64,000 nucleotides of DNA from Eledone cirrhosa (Eukaryota). Shown here one piece after another: positions 11,685 to 25,248 of this stretch; the stretch's first letter is position 1; each line of letters begins with the position of its first letter. The stretch lies in contig OZ024747.1 of NCBI GenBank assembly GCA_964016885.1, positions 39,990,001-40,054,000 of the forward strand, in the 5' to 3' direction. The translations under genes and the position numbers were made by a program. Under the pieces are notes generated by a model. The model did no database searches. It was not told where the DNA came from and worked only from the letters and a program-made list of their open reading frames with translations.

Positions 11685-11936
11685 CTAAAGGAATAAGGGT
11701 GGGGAGTTCAGGCAGGGGGGAGTGTGGGTCTGTAGGGTGAAGATGGTCCGTTGTTCGACCCTGAGGAGGGTGGCGGGTGTTCCGTGACATTGGACTAGAC
11801 CACAGACTGTGAGGTGGTGCGTGGAATGTCCAGGGGCGCCAAAGTGGCGGGCGATGGGGGAACTACGACCGAGACGAATATCTCGGAGGTGTTCGGTAAA
11901 CCGGTCCGCCAGGCGACGTCCAGTCTGTCCGACGTA
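11685..11936 (-). pseudogene. GIY-YIG endonuclease C-terminal fragment of a PLE (not in ORF track)
   Basis: Manual translation, open 83 codons: YVGQTGRRLADRFTEHLRDIR...PIARHF...H...LTVCGL...EQRTIFTLQTHTPPCLN...stop. Confidence 0.85.
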
Positions 11937-12121
11937 TATATATATATATATATATATTTGTGGTATATAAATGTTCAGATTTGATGAAATAAATCACTGC
12001 CAATACTGGAGTTGAAATATCAAGACCCTAGTGGTATGTCATATATCAAATCTTATGTATGAATATATATATGTGCATACACATATATATATATATATAT
12101 ATATACCTAAATATCTCCCTC

Positions 12122-12238
<117 letters not shown>

Positions 12239-12475
12239 GGAGATATTTATGTATATGTATATATGTGTATACACATATATATATTCACACATATATATAA
12301 ATTCATATATATATATATATATAATTGCGATGTATCTAGTTAAGACTAGTAAGACCATTTTTTCAGCATTGAACTCTATACATACGAAAGTGGATTGTAG
12401 GTATTATAATGGTTGATTTCTATAAATGAATAGGTGTGTGTTTTTACGTGTGTGTCTGTGTGTGTGTGTGTGTAT

Positions 12476-12619
<144 letters not shown>

Positions 12620-13111
12620 GTGTGTGGGTGTGCGTGTTTTTGTACATGTAAGAGGGAGTAGACAAAATAAGATCTGAAAGAAGAGGCGGTGCAGAAGAAA
12701 ACCATTAGTCATTGATGAGGTGACAGAAGTTGAAACGAAAGAACTTTGACGAACTATCAACTAATAACAAAGCTGTAGTGAAAATTAAATAATACGTTTT
12801 TTATTGGTAAAAACCATTCCGATAGATGTGTGGGGGGGGGGGGGGGAGAACCACAATTAAATAAGATACACTATCTTGTAGAAAATACATTTAAAAATGA
12901 TCTTTACATTACAAGAAATGTTTCCTTCGTTTGATATCACCAGAAGGGACTTATCTGATTACTAACGAATGAAAAAGGTCTAGTCGTATAAAAGCCAGTT
13001 CTAAATGAAACTACGTCAGCTTATCCCACTATACAACTATATTTACATGCATACATATATATGATGGCTGCCCCCTCGTTATCAAGTATGGCCATTGCAC
13101 GAGAAAAAACC

Positions 13112-13139
<28 letters not shown>

Positions 13140-13142
<3 letters not shown>

Positions 13143-13829
13143 CCAGAGACCATTGACCATATAATTTCAATGTGCAGTCCTATAGCTCCAACCGAATACC
13201 TAAACAGGCATGACAGAGCTGCACAATACATACATTGGATAATGTGTAAGCATTTTGACCTGCCCCATCAAAAGAATTGGTGGGAGCATCAACCACCTCC
13301 CATACTTGAAAAAGATCACATCTCAATCTTGTGGAACTTTAGCATCCAAACAGACCGAAAAATAGATGCAAATAGACCTGATATAATATTGAAGGACTTT
13401 CAAAGGAGGGTATGCCTGCTAATTGATATGTCTGTTACAATAGACAAGAATGTATCTATAAAAACATTTGAAAAATTGAGCAAGTATAAGGACCTGGAGA
13501 TAGAAATTGGAAAAATGTGGAAATTGAGAACTAAAACAATACCAGTGGTTGTAGGCGCTCTGGGAATGATACCTATGGGGTCTAACGACTACTTATCGCA
13601 AATCCCAGGAAACCCGCGTATAGGAGAAATACAAAAGATAGTACTAATGGGAACTGCCCATATACTAAGGAAGATCCTGTCAATATAAGTACACCACAAG
13701 TCTAAACACTAAGGATGCATGTGTGAATATGTATGTTCTTTCTTGAACATGGCGGACCTTGTTGTCTCTTGAGGTCACTGGTTGTGACTTGGTGATAACT
13801 CGTATGAACATAAAGCAAGATAAATGCAA
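13140..13829 (+). mobile_element. R4/Dong-like RLE non-LTR retrotransposon, 3' end
   Basis: ETIDHIISMC..RHD..QTD..NRPDII..LIDMS..EKLSKY..IPVVVGALG (Zn-knuckle end plus PD-D/ExK endonuclease). (TAA)n on both sides; 3' UTR shared with 24474-24615. Confidence 0.85.
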
Positions 13830-13883
13830 ATAATAATAATAATAATAACGACAACAACAACAACAATAATAATATACACATAT

Positions 13884-13973
<90 letters not shown>

Positions 13974-14003
13974 CACACCTATATACACACACACGATAGC
14001 AAT

Positions 14004-15068
14004 TAAAAGCGCTGCAATCGAATGTGGCTTTTTAGCCCAGCCAATGAGCTAAAATGTCTTTCACAGAGTTGGCAACCAAAACATTTACTGGGAATAGCCG
14101 GCTGTGGTTGGAGTTCATATACTTTTGCATGTCGTTTGAGCCCTCCTGCTGATTTACATTCTCTACCACATGCTTGGCAAGCATGATGAGTAGCATCTAA
14201 AACCGCAGCCTGGTAGTCAACCACTGGTCAAACTTTATGACTGCGAAGATGACTTTCGAGTCCAGCTTTGCTGAGCCAGACTCTCACACAGTCGCTGCAT
14301 ATCAGCGCCATGGGAGGACCTTCGCCGTCTGGAATGCTACAGTAATGCCCTTCCTCACATCCCGCTTTACTTTCTTGTATTCGATTGGAGATGCCTCAAA
14401 GGCAACTTTCCCCTCATATATAGTCTTTCTCCATTTATTACGATCAGCAGCTACATTTTCCCATGTATCAGCAGAGATGTTAGCGTCTTTCAAAGAGGCT
14501 TTCAAGGAATCTTTATACCTCTTTTTTGATTTATGTGGAGGTTGTTTTCCTTTAACTAACTCTCCATAAAAGAGTTGTTTTGATATTCGAATGCCGTTCA
14601 TTTGGCAGACGCAGAATATGGTCAGCCAGACGGCACCGACGCTCCGTGACGTCTCTGTAGCGTCCACGACTCGGCTCTCCGCAGGATCTCCTCGTTTCGC
14701 ACTCGGTCGCGCCAGGACACACGAAGGATCTTTCGGAGGCACCGTAAAGCGTTCAGCCGTCTCTCTATTTTTGCCGTACTCTTCCAGGTCTCGCTCGCAT
14801 AAAGCACTGTCGGCAGCACGATGCTCTTGTACAGGCGGAGCTTGGTCTTGGTGCTAATGCATGAAGACGACCAGACTGGGCACAACCGCTGTAAAACTGC
14901 GGTTCCTTTGCCGATCCGACAGTTGATGTCGAGCTCCGCGTCGCCGCTGCTTGTCAGGATGCTGCTCAGATAGGTGAAGTGATCGACTTCCTCGAGGTCC
15001 TGTGGTTGACTCTGATCACTGGACCTGTGTTGCTGGCCATTCTCATGACCCTGGTCTTTTTGTTGTAT
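14004..15068 (-). mobile_element. RTE-clade LINE 3' portion, decayed
   Basis: LEEVDHFTYLSS, LYKSIVLPTVLYASETW, KQLFYGEL..RYKDSLK..TWE, and two C2H2-like motifs (CQACGREC..GLKRH; CQLCERHF..GLKSH). Confidence 0.85.
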
Positions 15069-15266
15069 GTTGCGCAACTGCACGGCATTCCTGCAAGATT
15101 CATCGCCAATTTCAAGGCCCTGTATGAAAACTCCAGCTGCTGCGTACGGACTGAGTCCGGTGTGACGGAGTTCTTTGACATTGTCTCCGGAGTCAGACAA
15201 GGTTGCATTCTCTCTCCACCGATGTTCCGAGCTGGCAGCCGATTTCGTACTAAGGCGAATGGATGA
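15069..15266 (+). mobile_element. Inverted upstream RTE RT segment
   Basis: HGIPARFI..LYENS..GVRQGCILSP on the + strand, abutting the - strand RTE. Confidence 0.8.
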
Positions 15267-15408
15267 AGAACATATATACATACATATAGACAAATATACA
15301 TTCATACATATATATATATATACAAACATATATGCATGCATATAAAGATGGCGACAGAGACAGATCGATAGATAAATAAATAGATAGATACATACATACA
15401 TATATATA

Positions 15409-15666
15409 TACGATATTAACAAATGGAAACTATATTTATAAAACCATATTTATTTCATTATACATATTTCAAGGATACCAAGTTAAATTATGGTGTGCTT
15501 TCATCAGATAAAATATAATATAGAGCAATTTTATAAATAAATATTGACACACCCTTAAAGAATGCAACCATTACTGTTGGAAGAACCCGGATAGTAGGGT
15601 TATAACTTTATTTATACTATTATGTAAATTAGTATTGGATATTTTTAAATAAGCCGTTGGGTTACG

Positions 15667-15740
<74 letters not shown>

Positions 15741-15756
15741 AAGAGAGAGTGAGAGT

Positions 15757-15813
<57 letters not shown>

Positions 15814-16153
15814 ACAAGAGAGAGAAAAAAGAAAAAAGAGAGAGAGAGGAAATAGAAAGAGAAGAGAAGGCGAAAGCTCTAAGTGATTGGTGTTGAGTTA
15901 TCTTAACATTTGAGATGAAGTAAATGTCAATATGTATTTATAAAATTGCTCTATATTATATTTTATCTGATGAAAGCACACCATAATTTAACTTGGTCTC
16001 CTTGAAATATGTGTAATGAAATAAATATAGTTTTATAAATATAGTTTCCATTTGTTAATATCGTATTTTTACTCCAATTATTTGTTGAGTGCTTTATATC
16101 AGTTATAAAAATATATGCTTGTTGTATCCCAACAATTTAAATAGAACTTTTAC
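15409..16153 (+). mobile_element. Fold-back hammerhead element, family D
   Basis: Arms 15409-15549/15924-16075. HHR 15961-16023: ttttat-CTGATGA-aag..ctt-GAAA-tatgt-GTA-atgaaa. Tail with TTGAGTGC. Homologous to 61491-62226. Confidence 0.8.
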
Positions 16154-16249
16154 ATACATATATATATATATATATATATACATATTTAGGTTTGTTGGTG
16201 CACCACAGTATATATGTATGTATGTATATATGTAAGTATGTGTGTATGT

Positions 16250-16307
<58 letters not shown>

Positions 16308-16475
16308 GATTAGAAACTTTGAACGACAGAGAATTGACAATTTGAAGATATTTTAATACACTGACATACATACTGATTGATTAGAAGCTATACAGACATC
16401 CACATAAACAATCTTACAACACAAATATGAAACACAACACACACATATGCAAACATATGCACAAACACACAGAGG

Positions 16476-16552
<77 letters not shown>

Positions 16553-16554
16553 TT

Positions 16555-17267
16555 ATGTATATATAGTGTATTTTGCAATACACTGTATGCTTAATTAAAA
16601 GCATTTAGAAGACCTTATGCTATTGTTTTAGAGTAGTGACAGTCTCACTTACTTTCATTTTCAGCAAACAGGGGAGATAAAGTTGACAGAGCTCTGTTTC
16701 GCATTTTTTAATGCTTATCAAAGCTAACTGCTCCTCCTGTTTGCTGAAAATCATGAATGTTTGATTCTTATAGAAATCTAGTAATAATCAGGAACTGATT
16801 ATACAGAGCGGTTGCCGGTCAAGCAGAAATTGAAAATTAGAATTGGTAAGTAAGACTGTCACTATTCTAAAACAATAACATAATTTCTTCGAAATGCTTT
16901 TAATTAAGCATACAGTGTATTGCAAAATACACTATATATACATTCATATATATATATCGCTATTTCAGAGCACCAATTCTAATTTTCAATTTCTGCTTGA
17001 CCGGCAACCGCTCTGTATAATCAGTTCCTGATTATTACTAGAATTCTATAAGAATCAAACATTCATGATTTTTAGCAAATAGATGCAAAAAAATGCTGTC
17101 AGCTTTATTTCCCCTGTTTGGTGAAAATTAAAGTAAGTGAGACTGTCACTACTCTAAAACAATAGCATAAGGTCTTCGAAATGCTTTTAATTAAGTATAC
17201 AGTGTATTGCAAAATACACTATATATACATTCATATATATATCGCTATTTCAGAGCACCAATTCTAA
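16555..17267. mobile_element. Multiply rearranged fold-back element with decayed hammerhead
   Basis: Block A (16555-16676) inverted at about 16848-16932 and 17105-17230; block B (16738-16847) inverted at 16971-17080. rc 16681-16725: TTGATAA-gcatt..aatgc-GAAAC-agagctct-GTC. Confidence 0.7.
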
Positions 17268-17271
17268 TATA

Positions 17272-17308
<37 letters not shown>

Positions 17309-17553
17309 AAAAAGGTATCTATATTTGAAGTTCTAGTCAAACTTTAATTAGTTACCTACTTAGCTATGTGTGCCTACATTCTTTACAAATTATTCCCTGT
17401 GATGGTTTCATGTATATATTATATATATATATATGTCAATCTACTTCTAGTTGATATGTAATGCTCGGATCTAATTTTTGAGCTTATTCTACGGTGGATA
17501 TGGCGCATGTCTCTCAGACATGACAACTCTCAATTCCAGTATTGGCAATACTG

Positions 17554-17611
<58 letters not shown>

Positions 17612-18236
17612 CCTTTATCCAACCATTTACTCATAGATACATACATCCATATACACATCTAAGCATACATACATGCATACATAATACATATATGTATATA
17701 TATATATATTTATATATACATACGTACGTACATACATACATACACATATCTATTCAGCCATCTATTTATCTATATATACATGCATAGATACATACATGCA
17801 TAAATACCTGTATGCATAGATCCACACATACGTATACATACACCTACATATACATACACACATACATACACCTACATATACGTATAGATGCATACATCTA
17901 CAGACAGAGCTGGCTGTTAAAGAGATACAAGCTAGTAGATGAGGCGACAGGCAAGTACAGAGAAACATGCTAACACTTATAATTATCAATGGGACAGCAT
18001 TAGTGCAGCTTGAATGGGACTGCTGATGATCACGTACGTAACACTGCCACACTATCTCTATAAGACTATATCACTATAAGGCTATATATATATATATATA
18101 TATATTTTTAAAAATACTATTTTTCACTGGGAAAAATTTATCACTATTTTCTTTTCCTTATATATATATACATATTTATATATATATATATATATAGAAA
18201 GAGAGAGAGAGATATGTGTATATATATATGTGTATG

Positions 18237-18369
<133 letters not shown>

Positions 18370-18415
18370 TATGTATATATATATATATATGTGTCTATAT
18401 ATAGAGAGAGATGTG

Positions 18416-18447
<32 letters not shown>

Positions 18448-18455
18448 TGTGTATA

Positions 18456-18508
<53 letters not shown>

Positions 18509-18509
18509 G

Positions 18510-18591
<82 letters not shown>

Positions 18592-19002
18592 TATACATAC
18601 ATCCATACATGTATTCACACTTACATAGACACAGGCGCCCACACAGACACGCATTTACAGCTCATTACATATGTATATTCTCTCTCTTTCTGATACATTC
18701 TCACTGGTCTAAGTGTGCCTCTCTTTTTCCTTTCATCTTTCTTTCCACACTTTCTCTCTTCTTCTCACTCCGTTTCTTTTTCTTTAACTACATAACTACA
18801 TACTTATACACATCTTACATATAGATATTATGTATAGGCATTTATGTATGTATGTAAGTATTCATATTTGTATCTCTCTCTATATATGTACATATGTATA
18901 TATGTATATATGTATGTATATATATATTGAGAGAGAGAGAGAGAAAAGGGTGTATGAATATATATATATATATATGCAGAGGATATATTTAATTTGTTGG
19001 GG

Positions 19003-19043
<41 letters not shown>

Positions 19044-19139
19044 GGAATTGTAACATCCAGTTACTGTAGGTTCAGCCGAGTGAGCACTCGTTGCGTAGTC
19101 TCCAGTAAGTATAGAGGTGTAGTACTAAGCAGAGTGTAA

Positions 19140-19169
<30 letters not shown>

Positions 19170-19171
<2 letters not shown>

Positions 19172-21085
19172 ATTTCATTTATTGGCCACAAGGGCCAACA
19201 TATAGGGGACAATACAAAAGACTGGGACAGTGGGGTTTTACAGAAAAATCGAATAAACAATATGAATCATAATAACAAAGTAACAATAACAAAGTAACAA
19301 TAAAGTAACAAGAAAATTACAAGAAAAAATTCCCCAATAGGGGGATGGCCACCCAGGGTTCGCTTAGGTACCCCACCAATCCTGAACGACCCGACGCTTC
19401 GTGAGCACCCTGGAAGGGCACCCCTCTCCTCCTCAAATGTACTTACCTACAGCCGCATGACCAGAGTAGGCCCACTCACACGGGCCATTCTCGCCAGATT
19501 CACCCCCCTTTCAGCAAATGTTCTGGGGGGGCAGCACTTCTCTCTCTACCCTCACCTTCCTTTCCCAGTGAAACTTGAAAAAGTTGATGAGGCATTGGCC
19601 GAAGAGAGAAGTGTCTGTCTTCAGTGCTTTCAACCTCGTCCACCATACAACCTCTTTACCTACTGCCACCAGACAGAGGAAAATTGCCTGCCCTTCTGGC
19701 CAAAAGAAGGCGGCGGATCGATCTTCACTATGGACTCGGCCGATAGCCGGATCCGTTATACAAGCGACAACAGCTGTTCAACATAACTCCACAATTCAGT
19801 AATGCACAGACACTGGACGAGTGCGTGCAGAACGGTTTCGTCGCACTGCGCGCATCTCGGGAGGGGGCCTCTGACAGTACTTCCGTGCCTGTAGAGTTTA
19901 TCTCGAACCGGGAGGGCCCCCCGGTAGCACTACCAAGCGAGGGGTTTTTTGGAAATTATCCATCGTCCCCGGCTCGAAAGTCCTCCGGTACAGACTGGTT
20001 AGTTCGACTTCGTTGACTCCCAGAGCCTCTCCGGTCTGACGCTAGTAGATGACGGACGCGATGTACGCGTTCGCCACCTGCGCCCGACCTTTCAGCGATA
20101 GCTTCATCCCAGCCCATTTCTGGGTGAGACTGGCTACCCTGCCCGTCACCTCGTCCCAATTCTTATCCACCTAGAGGTCTGGCACGAACCAAACCCCGAG
20201 AAACTTTACCGGTCCGTCCGTCCAGCGCCTAACGATGCTGTTGGACGGCATGGCCTTGACTCTCCAGGTGCCGAGTTGCAAGCCCACCGACTTTTCCGGG
20301 TTAAGTTTTGCTCCCGTCAACCTTTCATATTCCTCCAATAAGTTGCCGACCACCTCGATTTCTGAGGTGTCCGACACCATCACGGTGATGTCGTCCGCAT
20401 AAGCCGACACAGCCTTTCCGCGTCCCGGTTCAAGCGGGATGCCCTGCAACAGCTCCAGCTTCCGCAGTAAAGGCTCGAGAGTCAATACGTACAGAAGGGA
20501 GGAGAGAGGGCACCCTTGACGGACCGATCGGGAGACCTGAAACGGTTCCAAGAGGTGGCCATTAATTTTGACCATCGAACAGGTGCCGATTTGCATTGCA
20601 GCGATCCAGCTTCTGAAGACGGGGCCGAAGCGAGCTGCCTTGAGGACAGCCTCCAGGTACCGTTGGTCGACCCTATTGAATGCTTTCGATTGATCTAAAT
20701 TGATCAGAGCCCCACCGAAGCCAGGTTTACACCCAACCCTCTCTATGATGTATCGCATTAGGTGGAGGTTGTCGTGGGATTTCGCAAGTTTGCGCCTCCC
20801 CAACCAAATCCCCGACGACAAGCGCCAACCTCTTCGCTAACACCCTGGCCAAAGTCTTAAACTCTGTGTTGAGCAGAGTTATGGGCCTGAAATTGTCTAA
20901 TGTGTCCCTCTTGTTCTCGTCTTTCCTTATCAGCGTCACTATGTCCCGGCTCACAGAACTGGGAATACTCCCGTTTTTCTGCCAGTTGCAGTAGAGGGCT
21001 TCGAGGAGATTGGATAACAAGTCTGGCATATTTACGTAAAGCTCGTAGGGCAGACAATCCAAACCCGGTGACTTGCGCCTCATGC
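19170..21085 (-). mobile_element. Tx1-clade L1 copy A (RT to 3' end, internally deleted)
   Basis: KSPGLD, NFRPITLLN, LDQSKAF, VRQGCPLS, YADD. Near-identical to part of 24960-27315; 3' end AATAAA then (ATT)n. Confidence 0.9.
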
Positions 21086-21525
21086 TTCATCTCCACTGCT
21101 GGAAGACAAAGGATATGTGGCTGTGAGTGTATCTGTGTCTGTGTGTGCATTTATTGTTTTGTCTATGTGTATAATTGGAGAGGTAGGGGGAGTTGGAGAT
21201 CGTCCCTCGTATTCCTCTTGTATTGGTTTCGGTGCTGTTGGTGGTCCGGCTGTTTTTGATGTTGGTGGGTTACCCGTGTCATTGTTGGTGGTATTTTTGT
21301 GGTGGTGGTGCAGCTTTCCGTGCCGACACTGGTGTTGGCAACAAAGAAGGTTTGCGACCCGCAGCATTTTTGAGCTGCGGACAGAAGGCTTGCAGATGCG
21401 TTGCTTCCCCGTATACGAAGCAGTGAGGCCTTCTTCCCTCAGTGATTAATTAGATTATTGTCCCGTCCTGCAGGCGGGCAAAATCCGGTATATTGTTGAT
21501 GTCCTCTGGTTTCATTTAGAGAAAA
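21086..21525 (-). mobile_element. Tx1 ORF1 fragment (diverged subfamily)
   Basis: IPDFARLQ..RRPHCFVYGEATHLQAFCP aligns by eye with the ORF1 knuckle at about 29583-29700. Confidence 0.65.
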
Positions 21526-21529
21526 ATAA

Positions 21530-22950
21530 TGCTTCCTTTATTAACCACAATGGTTTACACAGAGTAAAAGCATTAAGGAAAATACAGGATAATACAGGAC
21601 GGTACAAATGGGTATTTCTGCTTGTAAAAAAAATAAAAAACAGAGGATGTAACAAAAAACGAAAATCAATGAAAAATTCCCAAGAGGGAGGGAGACCTCC
21701 GAGGGTTGCTCGTGGAGAAAGCCCACAAAAAAAGCCTCAGTTACCCTGGCCGCTAGGGCAAATGCCCTCTTCCAGTTTTCCTCCTACTATTCTGCAGGCA
21801 CACGCTCAGCGTAGACCCATTCACACGGGCCATTCTTGCCTCTCTCACCCACCTTTCAACAAATTGGCTGGAAGTCAGCACTTCCCGTCTTCAATCCTTT
21901 CGAGGGCTGTATTCGAGTGAAGACATTTCAGTCTCCAAGCGCTTGACCCAGGACTGCAGCTCCGTCAAGGAGACAAGCTGGGGAAACACGTGTCTAGCAA
22001 AGGGTGACCACGCCTGATCACCGTCGAGGAAGAGGTGGAGATGTCGTATCCTTAGCGCATGATGTCTGCGCATCATCAGTCGCGGCATGCCCAGCCCTCC
22101 GCGTAGCGGGTGTTGACAGCAGATGGACCGCCTGACATCGGAGCACGTCCCTTTCACAAAAAGTGAAAGAGCAAACGCTCCAGTCCAGTTAGGCGAGGCT
22201 TAGGACAAGGCATGACGGTGGTGCGGTAGTAGATGACGGACGCGACGTTGTACGCATTCGCCACCTCCGCTCGACCTTTCAGAGATAGCTTCCTCTCGGG
22301 CCATTTCTGGGTGAGAGAAGCCACCTTGCTCGTTACCTCGTCCCAGTTTTTGTCCGTCTGGAGTCTGGACCGAACCAGACCCCTAGCAATTTAACGGGTC
22401 TGTCCGTCCAGCGCCCGACGACGCTGTTGGACCTCGTGGACCTGTCTCTCCAGGTGCCGAGTTTCAGGCCCTCTGATTTTTCCTGGCTGATCATTGCTTC
22501 TCTTAGTGTAGTGCCGATTGCCTCAATGTGTTTGGCGTTCGTCACTACTAAGGTGACGTCGTCTGCATAAGCTAACACGGTTCTTCCGCATCCTAGTTTG
22601 CGCTGGATCCTCCTCAACGTCTCCAGTTTGTGCAGTAATGGCTCGAGAGTCAATAAGTACTACAAGGATGAGAGAGGACATCCTTAGCGGATCGAGCTCA
22701 TGATGTTGAACGGTTCCGAAAGGTGACCGTTAACTCTCACCACAGAGCAGATGTCGCTGTGCATGGCAGCAATGCAGCCTCTGAAGACAGGCCCAGAGCC
22801 AGCTGCTCTTAGGACTACCACCAGATAACGATGGTCAACCCTATCGAAAGCTTTTGACTGATATAAATTGATCAAAGACCCACCCAAGCCAGGTTCCCTA
22901 GCTATCCTCTCTACGATGTATCGCATGAGGTGGAGGTTGTCGCGGATGGA
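21530..22950 (-). mobile_element. Tx1-clade L1 copy B (second subfamily)
   Basis: QSKAFDRVDH, LEPLL, YADDVT, GGLGMP; 3' UTR shared with 24657-24955. Confidence 0.85.
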
Positions 22951-22957
22951 ATAATAA

Positions 22958-24615
22958 CGCAAATTCAGCGAAGGGGAAATGAAACGTGTCAGTAAAAACG
23001 AGGTAAATTGTAACACTTCAAATCCCAGGGTTGGGGCGGAATCACTGACAGCAGAACAAATTAAAGAAAGGATCGAAAAAGTGGCAGGAGTGCATGCTCA
23101 AGATGAAACTCAAAATGAAAACAATGAGATCGTCAATGATAAAGAACTTGCCAACTTGAAGAATGAAATTATGATCGAATGGATGAAAATGAAAAAATCT
23201 GACATGGGGGAACGAGACACTGTCCCTAAGATCCAGAACTCCAAACAAAACCAAAGGATAATACACAAGACTAACATAACTCTCAAAAACATTATCATCA
23301 CAAATAAACTAAACATTACTGATCTAAATCATCTCTATTATGCATCGGCTAAATTCACCACTCAGTTATGTGGAATGAAAATGAAAAAACAAAGGAATTC
23401 CCACAAAAAACCTACAGGGCAAGAGAACATCAATCACCAAATAAACCTTCCCTGGTCTGACATAGAAATTTTAGCAAACTACAAAGTAGGTGAACATGTT
23501 AAACAAACTAAACTTAGAAAATTGAAAAGAAAATACAGTATAAATCAACACGTGACATAGACATGCTGATAGAAACAATCAAGCAAAAAGTGTCGACCAA
23601 AGCTGCTCGTATAAGGCGCTTTGAAAAACGATCTAGATTCTATAAGGACAATATGTTCAAAAACAACCGAAGGAACTTCTACAAAAAAATTGGCAAGTCA
23701 ACAATAACTGCTAAATCAATACCACCCAAGGGGAAAATGCAAGAATTCTGGGAAAAGATCTGGGCCGAAGAAAAAGTTCATAATATACATGCCCCATGGA
23801 TAGACAGACGAATGAAAGATACAGCTCACCTTGAGGAACAAACATGGGAAAATATAACAGTTGAACATCTGCGTTTAGCTCTTAGAAAATCAAGCAAATG
23901 GAAATCCCCAGGGAAAGACAAAGTACAACATGTTTGGATAAATGCCTTCACAGAGTTTCATGAGCTGTTAGTCCAACTTTACAATGAAATGGTTAAGGAA
24001 CCAGAAAAAATACCATCATGGTTAGTTAACGGCATTACATTCCTACTTCCGAAGAATGATGAAACAAACAATCCCCAAAATAACAGACCGATAACTTGCT
24101 TGACATAACATTTTAACATCAGTCCTAACTGAATATACATATGATCACCTGATAACAAATTATCTATTTCTCAATGAGCAGAAAGGGTGTAAACGAGGCT
24201 CATATGGCAGTAAAGATCAGCTTTTGGTTAACGAAATGATACTGGAAAAATTGTCATAATAGACACAAAAATCTATCAATTACTTGATAGATTGGAAAAA
24301 TGGGGAAGTTAAGAACTAAAACAATACCAGTGGTTGGAGGCGCTCTAGGAATGATACCTAAGGGATCTAATGATTACTTATCGCAAATCCCAGGAAACAC
24401 GCGTATAGGAGAAATACAAAAGACAGTACTAATGGGAACTTCCCATATACTAAGGAAGATACTGTCAATATAAGTACATTACAAGTCTAAACACCTAAAG
24501 ATGCATGTGTGTGTATGTATGTTCTTTTTTGAACATGGTGGACCTTTTTGTCTCTTGAGGTCACTGGTTGTGACTTGGTGATAACTCGTATGAACATAAA
24601 GCAAGATAAATGCAA
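22958..24615 (+). mobile_element. R4/Dong-like LINE with large internal deletion
   Basis: N-terminal region, KSPGKD..TFLLPK..RPITCL, then a jump at about 24290 to KLRTKTIPVV..GALG and the 3' UTR; TAA runs at both ends. Confidence 0.85.
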
Positions 24616-24617
24616 TT

Positions 24618-24651
<34 letters not shown>

Positions 24652-24656
24652 TAATA

Positions 24657-24955
24657 ATACTTTCTTTATTAACCACAAGGGTTTACAGAAAGTAGACATT
24701 AAGGACAGTACAGGACAATACAGGACGGTACGAATGGGCATTTCTGCGTGTAAAAAACAAAAACAGAGGATGTAACAAAAAAATAACAATCAAAAATTCC
24801 CCAATAGGGGGGAGGCTTCGGAGGGACATTTGTGGAGAAAGCCCATTAAAAGGCCACAGTGACCCTGACCACCAGGGGAAGAGCCCTCTCCCAGTTTTCC
24901 AGCTTTAATTTACAGACACATACTCAGAGTAGGCCCATTCACTCGGGCCATTCTT
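24657..24955 (-). mobile_element. Tx1 copy C, 3' end only
   Basis: Homologous to 21535-21840. Confidence 0.8.
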
Positions 24956-25248
24956 GATAATGATTTCATTTATTGGCCACAAGGGCCGACATATAGGGGA
25001 CAATACAAAAGACTGGGACTTTACAGGTGGGGTTTTACAGAAAAATCGAATAAACAATATGAATCATAATAACAAAGTAACAATAACAAAGTAACAATAA
25101 AGTAACAAGAAAATTAAAACAAGAAAAAATTCCCCAATGGGGAGGATGACCACCTAGGGTTCGCTCAGGTACCCCACCAGTCCTGAACGACCCGACGCTT
25201 CGAGAGCACCCTGGAAGGGCACCCCTCTCCTCCTCACAATTTACCTAC

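Larger units (their letters stand above)
10241..11936 (-). mobile_element. 5'-truncated Penelope-like retroelement (GIY-YIG end, long CA-rich 3' region, hammerhead)
   Basis: Endonuclease C-terminus at 11685-11936, HHR core at 10332-10359, (TA)n at both ends. Confidence 0.85.
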
